Positions 1 to 7,915 of a stretch of 42,979 nt of DNA are shown here, piece by piece. How positions within the stretch are numbered: the first letter of the stretch is position 1; every line of letters starts with the position of its first letter. Where the stretch lies: positions 1 through 42,979 of the forward strand of contig JBDRIN010000076.1 of the NCBI GenBank assembly GCA_043815805.1. The letters are read 5' to 3'. The notes under the pieces are model-generated. The model did not search any database. It worked only from the letters and a program-made list of their open reading frames with translations, and had not been told where the DNA came from. Source of the stretch: an archaeon (GTDB lineage Archaea > Nanobdellota > Nanobdellia > Woesearchaeales > JBDRIN01). The position numbers and the translations under genes are program-made.

Positions 1-725
1 GGATGTGCCATGTGGCCGAATATATTTCCATTAGAATTGACCAACCCTGCGATTCCATCCACAGAACCATTAGGATTCCAAGGGAATTCTTCTGTTGGCT
101 CTCCAGTCTCTGGATGCACATATCTCAGCAAAACATGCCATTTATTGACCTGTTCCCTGTTCCTTTCTCCTTCTTCTTCAGACACAGAACCATACTTTGA
201 GTGGAACAACAGTCTTCCTTCTGCATGTCGGCACCATAACCTAAGATCATCTTCACTGACTCCTTTAAAAGCAAAATGAGGAGTCGCTTTATGGAGAACA
301 TTGTCAACACGATAATTACCGCAAGTATTTCTTGTCAACGTAACTGTCTGTTTCGAATAATCATCATCAATGGCGGGCAGCAAGCCGGTCTTCACCAAGA
401 CTTGGAAGCCATTGCATTGGCCATAGATTACATTCCCTCTCTCAGCACATTCCCAGAGCATATCTTTGAATCGTTTCGTGTCATCTTCTTCAAATCCAGC
501 AGCCCGTTCCAACTCATTAGCCGCACACATAGCAGCACCCATCATGTCTCCATGCAAGAATCCGCCGGAAAGATTAATTATCTGTGAATCAGATAGAGAC
601 ACATCTCCTGACAACAACTGCCGATAATGGACTTTCAAGGCTTTGGCCCCTGCTCTTTCAAAAGCATGAGCTACTTCATCTTGACAGCCAATTCCCAGTC
701 CTTCTATAACATATGCTGTTACCAT
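1..725 (-). CDS. purQ: FGAM synthase glutamine amidotransferase subunit PurQ; C-terminus cut by the window edge; absent from the supplied ORF track
   Basis: Own translation of the minus strand from ATG 725-723: MVTAYVIEGLGIGCQDEVAHAFERAGAKALKVHYRQLL...NVIYGQCNGFQVLVKTGLLPAIDDD...NSNGNIFGHMAHP, open to position 1. It has the class-I amidotransferase nucleophile elbow GQCNGFQ and a terminal GHMxHP motif. The ATG lies 1 nt after the purL stop (729-727). Confidence 0.8.
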   Translation of the reverse strand, partial: MVTAYVIEGLGIGCQDEVAHAFERAGAKALKVHYRQLLSGDVSLSDSQIINLSGGFLHGDMMGAAMCAANELERAAGFEEDDTKRFKDMLWECAERGNVIYGQCNGFQVLVKTGLLPAIDDDYSKQTVTLTRNTCGNYRVDNVLHKATPHFAFKGVSEDDLRLWCRHAEGRLLFHSKYGSVSEEEGERNREQVNKWHVLLRYVHPETGEPTEEFPWNPNGSVDGIAGLVNSNGNIFGHMAH

Positions 726-726
726 C

Positions 727-3700
727 TTAATGGATTGACCTCCCGTATGTATCACACAAGTCAAACCTTAGAGGTTTTTGGAAAGCTTCCTTCACAGTAT
801 CTTGGTCAAGCTTCTGTTCCACACCTTCTAAGGTCTTCACTTCCAAGTCTGCTTTAGTGACCTTACCTATTTTTGAATATGGAGTTTCGGCCATTATCTC
901 TTCAAACCTCGCCCTGTCTTTTGGAGCTACACTGACAACAAACCTTCCGGGGGTCTCAGAATACAATAACTCATCATCCCTTGCATCGGTCTCATCCGTA
1001 TATATCTTGCTTACATCTATCTGTGCGCCTTTCTCTCCTGCCATAGCAGACTTAGCTAATGCGGTCAACAGACCGCCGTTGTGTATGTATTTAGATGAGG
1101 CGACAAGGTTCTCATCCATAGCCTTATTCAAGGCTCTAGAGACCTGCACAAACTCTTCAAGATTGGTTTGAGGAGCGATTCCTCCTTCTATAGACATACC
1201 CTGTTCTTTATAACCTGCAGCATTCAAGTATTGCGAAGCTCCTAGCTGCGCTTTGGTGGTTCCAACAACATAGATCTCGTCACCGACATTCTTTAGAGCA
1301 GGATCGACACATTTTCTGTAATCCTGTATCTTGACAGCTGCAGAAGCAAGATAAGTGTCAGGATCATGGATCTCTATGGCAAGGCCCATGACTTCTCTCT
1401 CCTGTTTAGTTCCTACGCCAAGCTTTCTCTTCCTCTCAGCAACAGAAACATGCCTTTTCACATCAGGAGGCATGATACTCAAGATTACTGATTCTACAAC
1501 ATCAGCACTATAATATATTCCCATCTCATGTTTGACCTTGTTAAGATCTTCTTTGATATGCATCGGCAATGCCTTGTACCTATGTCCAAATTCACTTTTA
1601 TGGTTAGAAAGTATAGAGACAAAGTCAACGTCAAAGACTCCAGAACATTTCATGCTGTCTTTTCCAGAGGTCACAGGAACATTTGTCATCTCTTCAACTT
1701 CTCTAACCCCGATGCCTTCCCTTAACAGAGAAGCCAGATTATGCTCTCCGCTTTCAGGTATCAAAGTTGTTTTTCTATCGGAGTTCGGCTGGCAATAATT
1801 GCCGCACACTGCCCAGGCATCCCATTTTGCTTCATCCATATCTGGCAAAGCACCACCTATAGCTATGATCTTTCCCATCATGTCAATAAGAGATTTCTGT
1901 GCTGCATGATATGGATCTATGTCCGAGACCTTAGGAGCCATACCCAAAGCATAAGCGATAGCCCCAAAATCTTTTCCTTCTGTGTCTAGAGGTTTCTGTA
2001 TTGAAGCATCAGCTTCCACCTCTTGTTTTAAGCCAAGCAATGGGCCTTGGATAGTTCCTCCTTTGACAGAAGAATCCTTTTGTCTGAAGAACCATTCCTT
2101 TGAAGCCACATCTGGCTGTGACATGACCATACATAAGCTTTCTTCAAGAGTATATTCACCTTTGGGACGGACTCTTTCTTGTTCAGGCCCTCCTCTCCAG
2201 ACAGCCGTCATCTCTTTTCTTGGCTCTTTGTTGAAGAGCTTCTCCATGTCGATCAATGCAACAGTCTCGTCACCATAAGTCAAGTGTGCATAGCCAGAAT
2301 CTGTCAGCTCACCAACATCTGTCGCAGGGACATCGTGTAATCTTGCAGTTGCAAAAACAGCATCTTCATTCTCTTCTTTTGCAACCCACAACATGTTATC
2401 TTGTGTTTCAGAGATGGTGATCTGCCAGGGTTGTATTCCTGGGAACCTTGCTGGGCGTTTTTGGAGATCTGCCTTGAGTCCCCCTGTCTGCCTGGCAGTC
2501 TCGATTGCTGCAGAGGCAAAGCCAACAGCCCCAAAATCAGTAACATATTCAAATAATCCTGCACGAGCATTATAGAGGTGTGCAGGCCTCAACTTGGTCT
2601 GGCAGAAAGAATCATCCGCTTGCACATGACCTAAGGTTATGTCTCTTCCCATATGCAAAGAGCTTTGTGTAGCACCGTGTATCCCATCTATGCCTACTGG
2701 CTGTCCGGCGATTATGACCCTATCACCAATATGTGCTTCTTTTATGCGATAATCTATCTTCCCATCTGGTGACCTTACAGGAGACCAACCTATGGTCCCT
2801 GCAAAAACTAATGCTTTTGCCATGTATCTTGGATCATCAGTCATTCCCCCACCAAGGGTGGCTATCTGCATCTCGTTTCCGCCTTCTCTTACTCCTTGGG
2901 TGACTCCGTTCAGCAAAGGATCAGGATGGATAACTCCCGGAGGCAACCATCCTTTGTAATGCGGATTGCCGGTGCAATAATAGAAGAAATTGGCTATGGC
3001 ATCAAATGTCCCTCTTCCTGTTCCAAATGTATCTCTATTGACACCATCAATGCCTGTCTTTGCTCCTTGGACAGGTTCTTTGTTAGACGGAGAATTATGG
3101 GTCTCGAACTTTATGCAGAACATATAATCTTCATCATAGAGAACTATCGAAGAATTGTCTTCGAACATGCTCACAATCCAGTTCTTGCCTCTTTTCTCTA
3201 GTTTGTTATAGATGATTCTTGCAGGTTCTTCGACAAATGTCTCGAAAATCCCTTTTTTCAGGTAATAGTTGCCGACAGGGTCCTTAGAAAGCCAACCTTT
3301 CTCAAAAGCTTTCTGGAAAACAGGATCATTGACTTTGTCTTCTAAAGTTATCTTTGCATTGAATTCCTTATGGAAACAATGTTCTGACCTTAAACTAAAC
3401 CAAGTCTCGATTTCAACATCTGTTGCTCTATGGTCAAGGCCGACTTCTCTTCTTTTTGCCAAGAACTCTTCATCCCTATACATTGTCTGAAACTGAAGAA
3501 GCTCTTCTGCCGAAGCTGCAAGGCTTCTTTCTTTATTGAGTTCCAAAAGCTCATCCAAAGTCATGTTTGCTACATCAAATCTCTCAACTTTGACTTCTGG
3601 AGGTAATACAAGAATTGGTGCAGGAAGGTTCTGACCCCGCGTATATTCTTCTCTTGAAAAGACATTTGTAAGGTAGAGTTCTGGATTGCCAATCTTTGCA

Positions 3701-4185
3701 TAAGTCGCTATTTGCTCTACTTGTTCTCTTGTTAGATCACCTGTCAAATAATATTGTCGCGCAACAAAACCCACTTCTCCTGGCTGCACTTCTCCACCCA
3801 AAGCACGAATGGTCTGTTCAAGAGTATTTTTTCCGTCTCGATCGCTTGTTCCTGGAAGATAAGTGCTGTTGATGACCCAATCAAAAGGCAGACCTAGCTT
3901 AAGAGCTAAAGACTCATTCAGGGTTGTCTGATGGATTATGGGATCTAAGAAGGGTTTTTCCATCATAAGCCTTTCAAGACCTTCTAATTCTGGCCTGTGA
4001 AGCAACAGATAAGCCCAGATCTGCCAGACCTCATCTATTGAGAGACCATAGAAATTGCTAAAAGTCATGGCTAAGCCAGGATCTAATGTCGGACCAACCT
4101 CGATTACAGAGAGCTCTTTATCTATCACCTCCTCTGGTAGAAAAAAATGTAGTCCTCCTGGTTGTATTATTGAACTTGCACTCAT
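727..4185 (-). CDS. purL: Phosphoribosylformylglycinamidine synthase PurL with a fused PurS-like N-terminal region (1152 aa)
   Basis: AIR-synthase-type PurL core including KFETHNSPSNKEPVQGAKTGIDGVNRD (ETHNHPS-type motif). The N-terminal ~250 aa contain a PurS-like stretch, GTSDRDGKNTLEQTIRALGGEVQPGEVGFVARQYYLTGDLTREQVEQIA. purQ follows immediately. Confidence 0.85.
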   Translation of the reverse strand: MSASSIIQPGGLHFFLPEEVIDKELSVIEVGPTLDPGLAMTFSNFYGLSIDEVWQIWAYLLLHRPELEGLERLMMEKPFLDPIIHQTTLNESLALKLGLPFDWVINSTYLPGTSDRDGKNTLEQTIRALGGEVQPGEVGFVARQYYLTGDLTREQVEQIATYAKIGNPELYLTNVFSREEYTRGQNLPAPILVLPPEVKVERFDVANMTLDELLELNKERSLAASAEELLQFQTMYRDEEFLAKRREVGLDHRATDVEIETWFSLRSEHCFHKEFNAKITLEDKVNDPVFQKAFEKGWLSKDPVGNYYLKKGIFETFVEEPARIIYNKLEKRGKNWIVSMFEDNSSIVLYDEDYMFCIKFETHNSPSNKEPVQGAKTGIDGVNRDTFGTGRGTFDAIANFFYYCTGNPHYKGWLPPGVIHPDPLLNGVTQGVREGGNEMQIATLGGGMTDDPRYMAKALVFAGTIGWSPVRSPDGKIDYRIKEAHIGDRVIIAGQPVGIDGIHGATQSSLHMGRDITLGHVQADDSFCQTKLRPAHLYNARAGLFEYVTDFGAVGFASAAIETARQTGGLKADLQKRPARFPGIQPWQITISETQDNMLWVAKEENEDAVFATARLHDVPATDVGELTDSGYAHLTYGDETVALIDMEKLFNKEPRKEMTAVWRGGPEQERVRPKGEYTLEESLCMVMSQPDVASKEWFFRQKDSSVKGGTIQGPLLGLKQEVEADASIQKPLDTEGKDFGAIAYALGMAPKVSDIDPYHAAQKSLIDMMGKIIAIGGALPDMDEAKWDAWAVCGNYCQPNSDRKTTLIPESGEHNLASLLREGIGVREVEEMTNVPVTSGKDSMKCSGVFDVDFVSILSNHKSEFGHRYKALPMHIKEDLNKVKHEMGIYYSADVVESVILSIMPPDVKRHVSVAERKRKLGVGTKQEREVMGLAIEIHDPDTYLASAAVKIQDYRKCVDPALKNVGDEIYVVGTTKAQLGASQYLNAAGYKEQGMSIEGGIAPQTNLEEFVQVSRALNKAMDENLVASSKYIHNGGLLTALAKSAMAGEKGAQIDVSKIYTDETDARDDELLYSETPGRFVVSVAPKDRARFEEIMAETPYSKIGKVTKADLEVKTLEGVEQKLDQDTVKEAFQKPLRFDLCDTYGRSIH

Positions 4186-4360
4186 TTACACCCCAACCCT
4201 TTCAAATCTAAAAATATATGTTGATTTATACTCGTAGAAGCCACTTTAATATAAAGTTTACTATGAGTTTACTATTTTTTAGTGGTTTATTTACAAGGTG
4301 GTGACGAATATTAAGTTATTATTGCAATAGCTTTATTAATAATAAAAAAATCCAGATACT

Positions 4361-5101
4361 ATGCAAGAAAAACTCTTCATAACCAATAGGCATGGAAAAA
4401 AGCTTTCTGCACTGCTTGATAAGCCAGAAAAAACTACAAAAAAGCTCATCATCCTCTGCCATGGCTTCAAAGGATATAAGGATTACTATCCAATATTCAA
4501 CGAATTTGCAGAAGAAGCAATAAAACATAATTTCGAAGTCCTCAGGCCTGACTTCTTTGGCTCTGGAGAGAGTGACGGAGAGTTTGTAGAAGCCACCACA
4601 GAGACCCAGACAGAAGACTTACAAGACATCCTGAAATACATAAGAGAACAAGGCTACCAAGACCTCTGCCTCATAGGTTTCAGCCACAGCGTGAGCAATG
4701 CTGTCCAGGTGAACGATGGCCAGATAAAATGCCTTGTCCTCTGGAGCCCTGTGCTGAAGCATGACCATATCTACAAGAGATACAAAGACACTGTCCTCAA
4801 GCAAGGTTATATCATAAGGCCAAGACATCTCGATGGAACTCCTGTAAAAATCGGCAAGCCTATGTGGGAAAGTTTCATAAGGACGGATGAACTTGAAACT
4901 TTGAAAGAGATGAAAGTACCTACACTAGGCATTATGGGAAGCGAAGACAACAAAACCATCCAGAAGAGGATAAAGAAATACTTCAAACTCATTCCCACTG
5001 AACACGAATTGATGATCCTAGAAGATGTAGATCATGGCCTGACCAAGAAAAGACCTGAAATCATCTCTCTGACACTAGACTGGATAAAGAAATATCTTTA
5101 G
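4361..5101 (+). CDS. Alpha/beta-fold hydrolase (serine hydrolase), 246 aa
   Basis: HG oxyanion-type motif (LIILCHGFKG), nucleophile elbow LIGFSHS, GSEDN acid and C-terminal DVDHGL His. TATA-like tttattaata lies ~20-25 nt upstream of the ATG, so the transcript may be leaderless. Confidence 0.6.
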   Translation: MQEKLFITNRHGKKLSALLDKPEKTTKKLIILCHGFKGYKDYYPIFNEFAEEAIKHNFEVLRPDFFGSGESDGEFVEATTETQTEDLQDILKYIREQGYQDLCLIGFSHSVSNAVQVNDGQIKCLVLWSPVLKHDHIYKRYKDTVLKQGYIIRPRHLDGTPVKIGKPMWESFIRTDELETLKEMKVPTLGIMGSEDNKTIQKRIKKYFKLIPTEHELMILEDVDHGLTKKRPEIISLTLDWIKKYL

Positions 5102-5113
5102 ACCTTATAGATC

Positions 5114-5275
5114 TTAACACTTTTTATCTTCTGTCTGGTCTACCTCGATAACAACGTTCTTCAGCAACGCCTTTACTTTGATCCAATCCACAGAGACAAG
5201 GGCTGTTTCAGAACCAGAGAAGAACGCAGATAGGGCTATGAAGATTATCAAGAAAATTATCTCTAACCAAAGCAT
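5114..5275 (-). pseudogene. 53-aa remnant of a DUF21/CNNM (CorC/TlyC-type) transporter N-terminus; not in the ORF track
   Basis: Own translation: MLWLEIIFLIIFIALSAFFSGSETALVSVDWIKVKALLKNVVIEVDQTEDKKC*. LSAFFSGSETAL is the signature start of DUF21 domains, which normally run >300 aa. It keeps an SD (agaggtgg, 5 nt spacer) and an upstream TATA (atatatttatata). It ends 13 nt from the convergent hydrolase gene. Confidence 0.45.
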
Positions 5276-5330
5276 GAATCCACCTCTTTTTGATAAAAAA
5301 TAAGAAAAATGTTATATAAATATATGGGAT

Positions 5331-5933
5331 TTACTCTTCCATAAAGTCTTCTATGGTATAACCAAACGCTTGTCCTTTATTGGCCAATCCTCGGTATTCC
5401 ATGTATAGCTTTGAAAGCACCCAGAACACCAAAGCCAATGATTTCTTTCCCTTGTTGTTGCAGGGTATGACCAAGTCTATGTTATTGGACTGGTTGTTGG
5501 TGTCGCACAGCGCTATTACTGGAACTCCCATCTGCAGAGCATCATCAACAGCGTTCTTGTCTGGCCATGCATCGCAGACAACCATTACCTTTGCTTCTGC
5601 ATAACCTTTCAGATTAGGGTTGGTCATGGTTCCTGGCGGATATCTTCCTGCAAAAACAGTTGCTCCTGTGATCTTGCCAAACATGCTGACAGGCTTGTGT
5701 CCTGTCTCACGCCTACAAGACACCATGATATCTTCAGGAGCATAAGTTGCCAACATCTTGGCAGCCAATCTCAGCCGCTCATCTATGGTCTGTATGTTCA
5801 ACACAGACAATCCATCACTTCTTGTCTTGTATATGAAATTGTCCATGTACTTTGTCCTGAACTTAGTTCCTATGTGTATTCCTGCCTTCAGGTATTCTTC
5901 GTTAGGTACTATCAATGCGGATTCTTCAGTCAT
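5331..5933 (-). CDS. rps2: 30S ribosomal protein uS2 (archaeal type, 200 aa)
   Basis: YLKAGIHIGTKFRTKYMDNFIYKTRSDGLSVLNIQTIDERLRLAAKML and DLVIPCNNKGKKSLALVFWVL are typical archaeal S2. SD GGAGGTG sits 8 nt upstream of the ATG. Confidence 0.92.
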   Translation of the reverse strand: MTEESALIVPNEEYLKAGIHIGTKFRTKYMDNFIYKTRSDGLSVLNIQTIDERLRLAAKMLATYAPEDIMVSCRRETGHKPVSMFGKITGATVFAGRYPPGTMTNPNLKGYAEAKVMVVCDAWPDKNAVDDALQMGVPVIALCDTNNQSNNIDLVIPCNNKGKKSLALVFWVLSKLYMEYRGLANKGQAFGYTIEDFMEE

Positions 5934-5940
5934 TTTCGTT

Positions 5941-5991
5941 TCACCTCCGAGATACTTGAGGAGGCACCAAAAATCTCGGATTTTTCAGTGC
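5941..5991 (-). promoter_or_regulatory. Structured rps2 leader: an imperfect 12-bp hairpin (5962-5991) competing with a 7-bp pairing (5946-5952 with 5972-5978) that abuts or overlaps the SD
   Basis: Read directly. ggcaccaaaaatc/gatttttcagtgcc form the arms. ccgagat (5946-5952) is the reverse complement of atctcgg (5972-5978). SD cacctcc (plus strand) lies at 5941-5947. Confidence 0.3.
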
Positions 5992-6134
5992 CTTTGTTTA
6001 TTTTCTAACTTTATCTTGAATCATTACACGCTAAGAAGCGTCTCTCGTCTTTTTAACCTCAGAGAGCACTGCTTTCAAATAAGTTATGAAAGCCTTGGTA
6101 ATAGAGGAGAAGAACGACCACCTCTTTATAAATA

Positions 6135-6686
6135 TTATTCTTTTTTCGCCCTAAACCCATCTAACACATTATATATCGGCCCTGTGGGCAAGAGTGTGCT
6201 CTGATACAGCTTAAACCTGTCAACCTTGAAGCTCAACTTCTTGGTCTCAAGGTTGTTTATGCACGCTAAGAATTTCTCTTTGTTCTCAGGAGAGATGAAC
6301 TTCACCCGAGCAAGCGTCAGATGAGCAATAAAGTCTTTATCCCGCTTGAAGTGAGGATGCAATTTATTATTTATATTCCTCCAGAGCTCCTTGATCGCTT
6401 CGCAGTCTTCAAACTCCACGACAACGACCCTTATGTAATTCTCGTTCGGGAAGAACCGTATCTTTGAAGTCGTCAGAGTAAACTCAGGGAACTCTATCTC
6501 TGAAAGCAGCTTCTGGAATCCCTCTATCTTGCTCTCAGGCACTTCGCCTAAGAATTTCAAGGTCAGATGCATGCTCTCTGGCCGCACAAGCGTAAACTTG
6601 CCTAGTTTCTTGTCTATCCCTGCCTGCAAAGTCATAATATACTCTTTAATCTCAGAAGACACATCTGCTGCTATGAACAGTCTCAT
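6135..6686 (-). CDS. thpR: RNA 2',3'-cyclic phosphodiesterase / 2'-5' RNA ligase family (2H phosphoesterase)
   Basis: Two H-x-T-x motifs in the expected context: SMHLTLKFLGEV and FIAHLTLARVKF. Length is 183 aa. Confidence 0.85.
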   Translation of the reverse strand: MRLFIAADVSSEIKEYIMTLQAGIDKKLGKFTLVRPESMHLTLKFLGEVPESKIEGFQKLLSEIEFPEFTLTTSKIRFFPNENYIRVVVVEFEDCEAIKELWRNINNKLHPHFKRDKDFIAHLTLARVKFISPENKEKFLACINNLETKKLSFKVDRFKLYQSTLLPTGPIYNVLDGFRAKKE

Positions 6687-6709
6687 TAAAAAAAGAAAAA
6701 GAAAAAGAA

Positions 6710-6721
6710 TATATAAAGTTT
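6710..6721 (-). promoter_or_regulatory. BRE/TATA promoter (minus-strand AAACTTTATATA) for thpR, probably leaderless
   Basis: The TATA centre is ~27 nt upstream of ATG 6686. The same AAA(C/G)TTTATA(T/A)A word recurs upstream of several other genes in the window. Confidence 0.5.
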
Positions 6722-6730
6722 GTGAAAGAT

Positions 6731-7321
6731 TTACTCTTTGTCTTCGTCGTCTTCTTTATCATCCGAATCATCATCAGAGTCATCGTCGTCAGAATCATCA
6801 GAATCGTCGTCATCTTCGGCTTTTTTGGTGTCTTCCTCAGGCTCGTCTTCTGACTCATCACTGTCTTTGTCAGAATCCTTGTCTTTAGAGTCTTCCTCAG
6901 GCTCGTCCTCACTGTCTTCTTCTGCGTCTTCTTTCTTATCCTCTTTGTCATCGTCAGAATCATCATCAGAATCATCATCAGAATCGTCGCCGAAGTCTTC
7001 TGTGTCTTCACTTGTATCTATATCTTCCTCAGGCTCATCTTCAGAATCCTCATCAGCATCCTTTTTAGATTTCTTTTCAGGAGGAGCTGATACTTTCACT
7101 GGGCCTGTAGCCTTGCCGACAACGTCTGCAAAACCCACATTCCTAAGAACACGGGAGACTTTTATCTTCACTTCATCCCCTTCTTTTACTCCAGGGACAA
7201 AGAGAACAAATCCGTCCTTCTTTGCAATACCATCGCCTTTCTCGCCGACAGCCTCTATCTTTACGTCTAATTCGTCCCCCACTTCTACTGGGACATGTTG
7301 TCTATTTCCTCTTCCAAACAT
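6731..7321 (-). CDS. TRAM-domain protein with a long poly-acidic C-terminal tail (196 aa)
   Basis: The N-terminal ~72 aa are VPVEVGDELDVKIEAVGEKGDGIAKKDGFVLFVPGVKEGDEVKIKVSRVLRNVGFADVV, a stand-alone TRAM fold pattern. The remainder is D/E/S-rich. Confidence 0.75.
   Translation of the reverse strand: MFGRGNRQHVPVEVGDELDVKIEAVGEKGDGIAKKDGFVLFVPGVKEGDEVKIKVSRVLRNVGFADVVGKATGPVKVSAPPEKKSKKDADEDSEDEPEEDIDTSEDTEDFGDDSDDDSDDDSDDDKEDKKEDAEEDSEDEPEEDSKDKDSDKDSDESEDEPEEDTKKAEDDDDSDDSDDDDSDDDSDDKEDDEDKE
6734..7054 (-). repeat. Low-complexity acidic repeat region encoding (E)DSEDEPEED x3 and DDSDDD runs
   Basis: Protein text: DADEDSEDEPEEDIDTSEDTEDFGDDSDDDSDDDSDDDKEDKKEDAEEDSEDEPEEDSKDKDSDKDSDESEDEPEEDTKKAEDDDDSDDSDDDDSDDDSDDKEDDEDKE. 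The DNA shows repeated gaatcatcatcaga-type units. Confidence 0.8.
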
Positions 7322-7488
7322 TTCTTATTTCACCTTATTAATTTTTTACGCCCGAAGGCGCAATAGTCGTCGGAATGAATTGGTCCTTTATAAAGGTTTT
7401 CCTCAAAGAGGGAAACTGTGAGAACGCCAGTGAACAAAGTTTGTTTATTTGGCGGAATGCTTAAATAATTAGTTAGATTCCCAAAAGC

Positions 7489-7854
7489 ATGCCAGTCAAA
7501 GCCAGACCGAGAATAACAGAAGATCTGTTGATTTTAGAGCAAGAAGGAGAATTGGTGGCTAGGCTAGGAGACAAAGTATATAATCTTGTGGGAACAATGT
7601 CTTTATCTGGGGGGGTTGGTATGTGCAGATTCTGCCTTACTAAAGAAGAGTGGACTGGAACAGGCATCGATTGCATAGATTTCTACTACAAACACGGCCA
7701 ATATGCGGTTTTTGCTTCAACTGGGCTTATGCCTGGACAGGAGGGCATTCCTAAAGGCACACAACAGCTTGGCAGATGGCATAGCGACAATGTTTCTATC
7801 GACAACCAAGTCTTTGAAGAGTTAAGGGTTCAATGCGGCTATAATCGCGAATAA
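7489..7854 (+). CDS. Hypothetical protein, 121 aa
   Basis: It is the only long ORF in this gap. TATA-like ttaaataa lies ~22-28 nt upstream of the ATG. I recognise no family. Confidence 0.4.
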   Translation: MPVKARPRITEDLLILEQEGELVARLGDKVYNLVGTMSLSGGVGMCRFCLTKEEWTGTGIDCIDFYYKHGQYAVFASTGLMPGQEGIPKGTQQLGRWHSDNVSIDNQVFEELRVQCGYNRE

Positions 7855-7866
7855 TAATCAAAACAA

Positions 7867-7878
7867 AAAGTTTATAAA
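7867..7878 (+). promoter_or_regulatory. BRE/TATA promoter (AAAGTTTATAAA) in plus orientation
   Basis: Same word as the minus-strand promoters. It lies ~40 nt upstream of ATG 7915. Confidence 0.4.
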
Positions 7879-7915
7879 CAACCTTCATCCTGACGTGTAA
7901 TACAGAAACAGGTGA

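Noticed and set aside
5934-6134. Possible C/D-box sRNA (atgatt ... ctga on the minus strand) upstream of rps2.
   Set aside because: The C box is imperfect. There are no internal D'/C' boxes and the spacing does not fit the ~12-nt guide architecture. I kept it only as a 'structured leader or unknown RNA' finding.
6652-7011. 119-aa minus-strand ORF (MKTQKTSATILMMILMM...) overlapping the TRAM tail and the thpR promoter.
   Set aside because: It is an alternative frame of the same low-complexity repeat. It runs through the thpR promoter and start and has no independent signals.
6738-7421. 227-aa plus-strand ORF that is almost pure Ser/Leu (SSSSSLSSESSSESSS...).
   Set aside because: It is the antisense shadow of the GA-rich acidic-tail repeat of the TRAM gene. 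It has no start context. The minus-strand frame carries a recognisable TRAM domain, an SD and a promoter.
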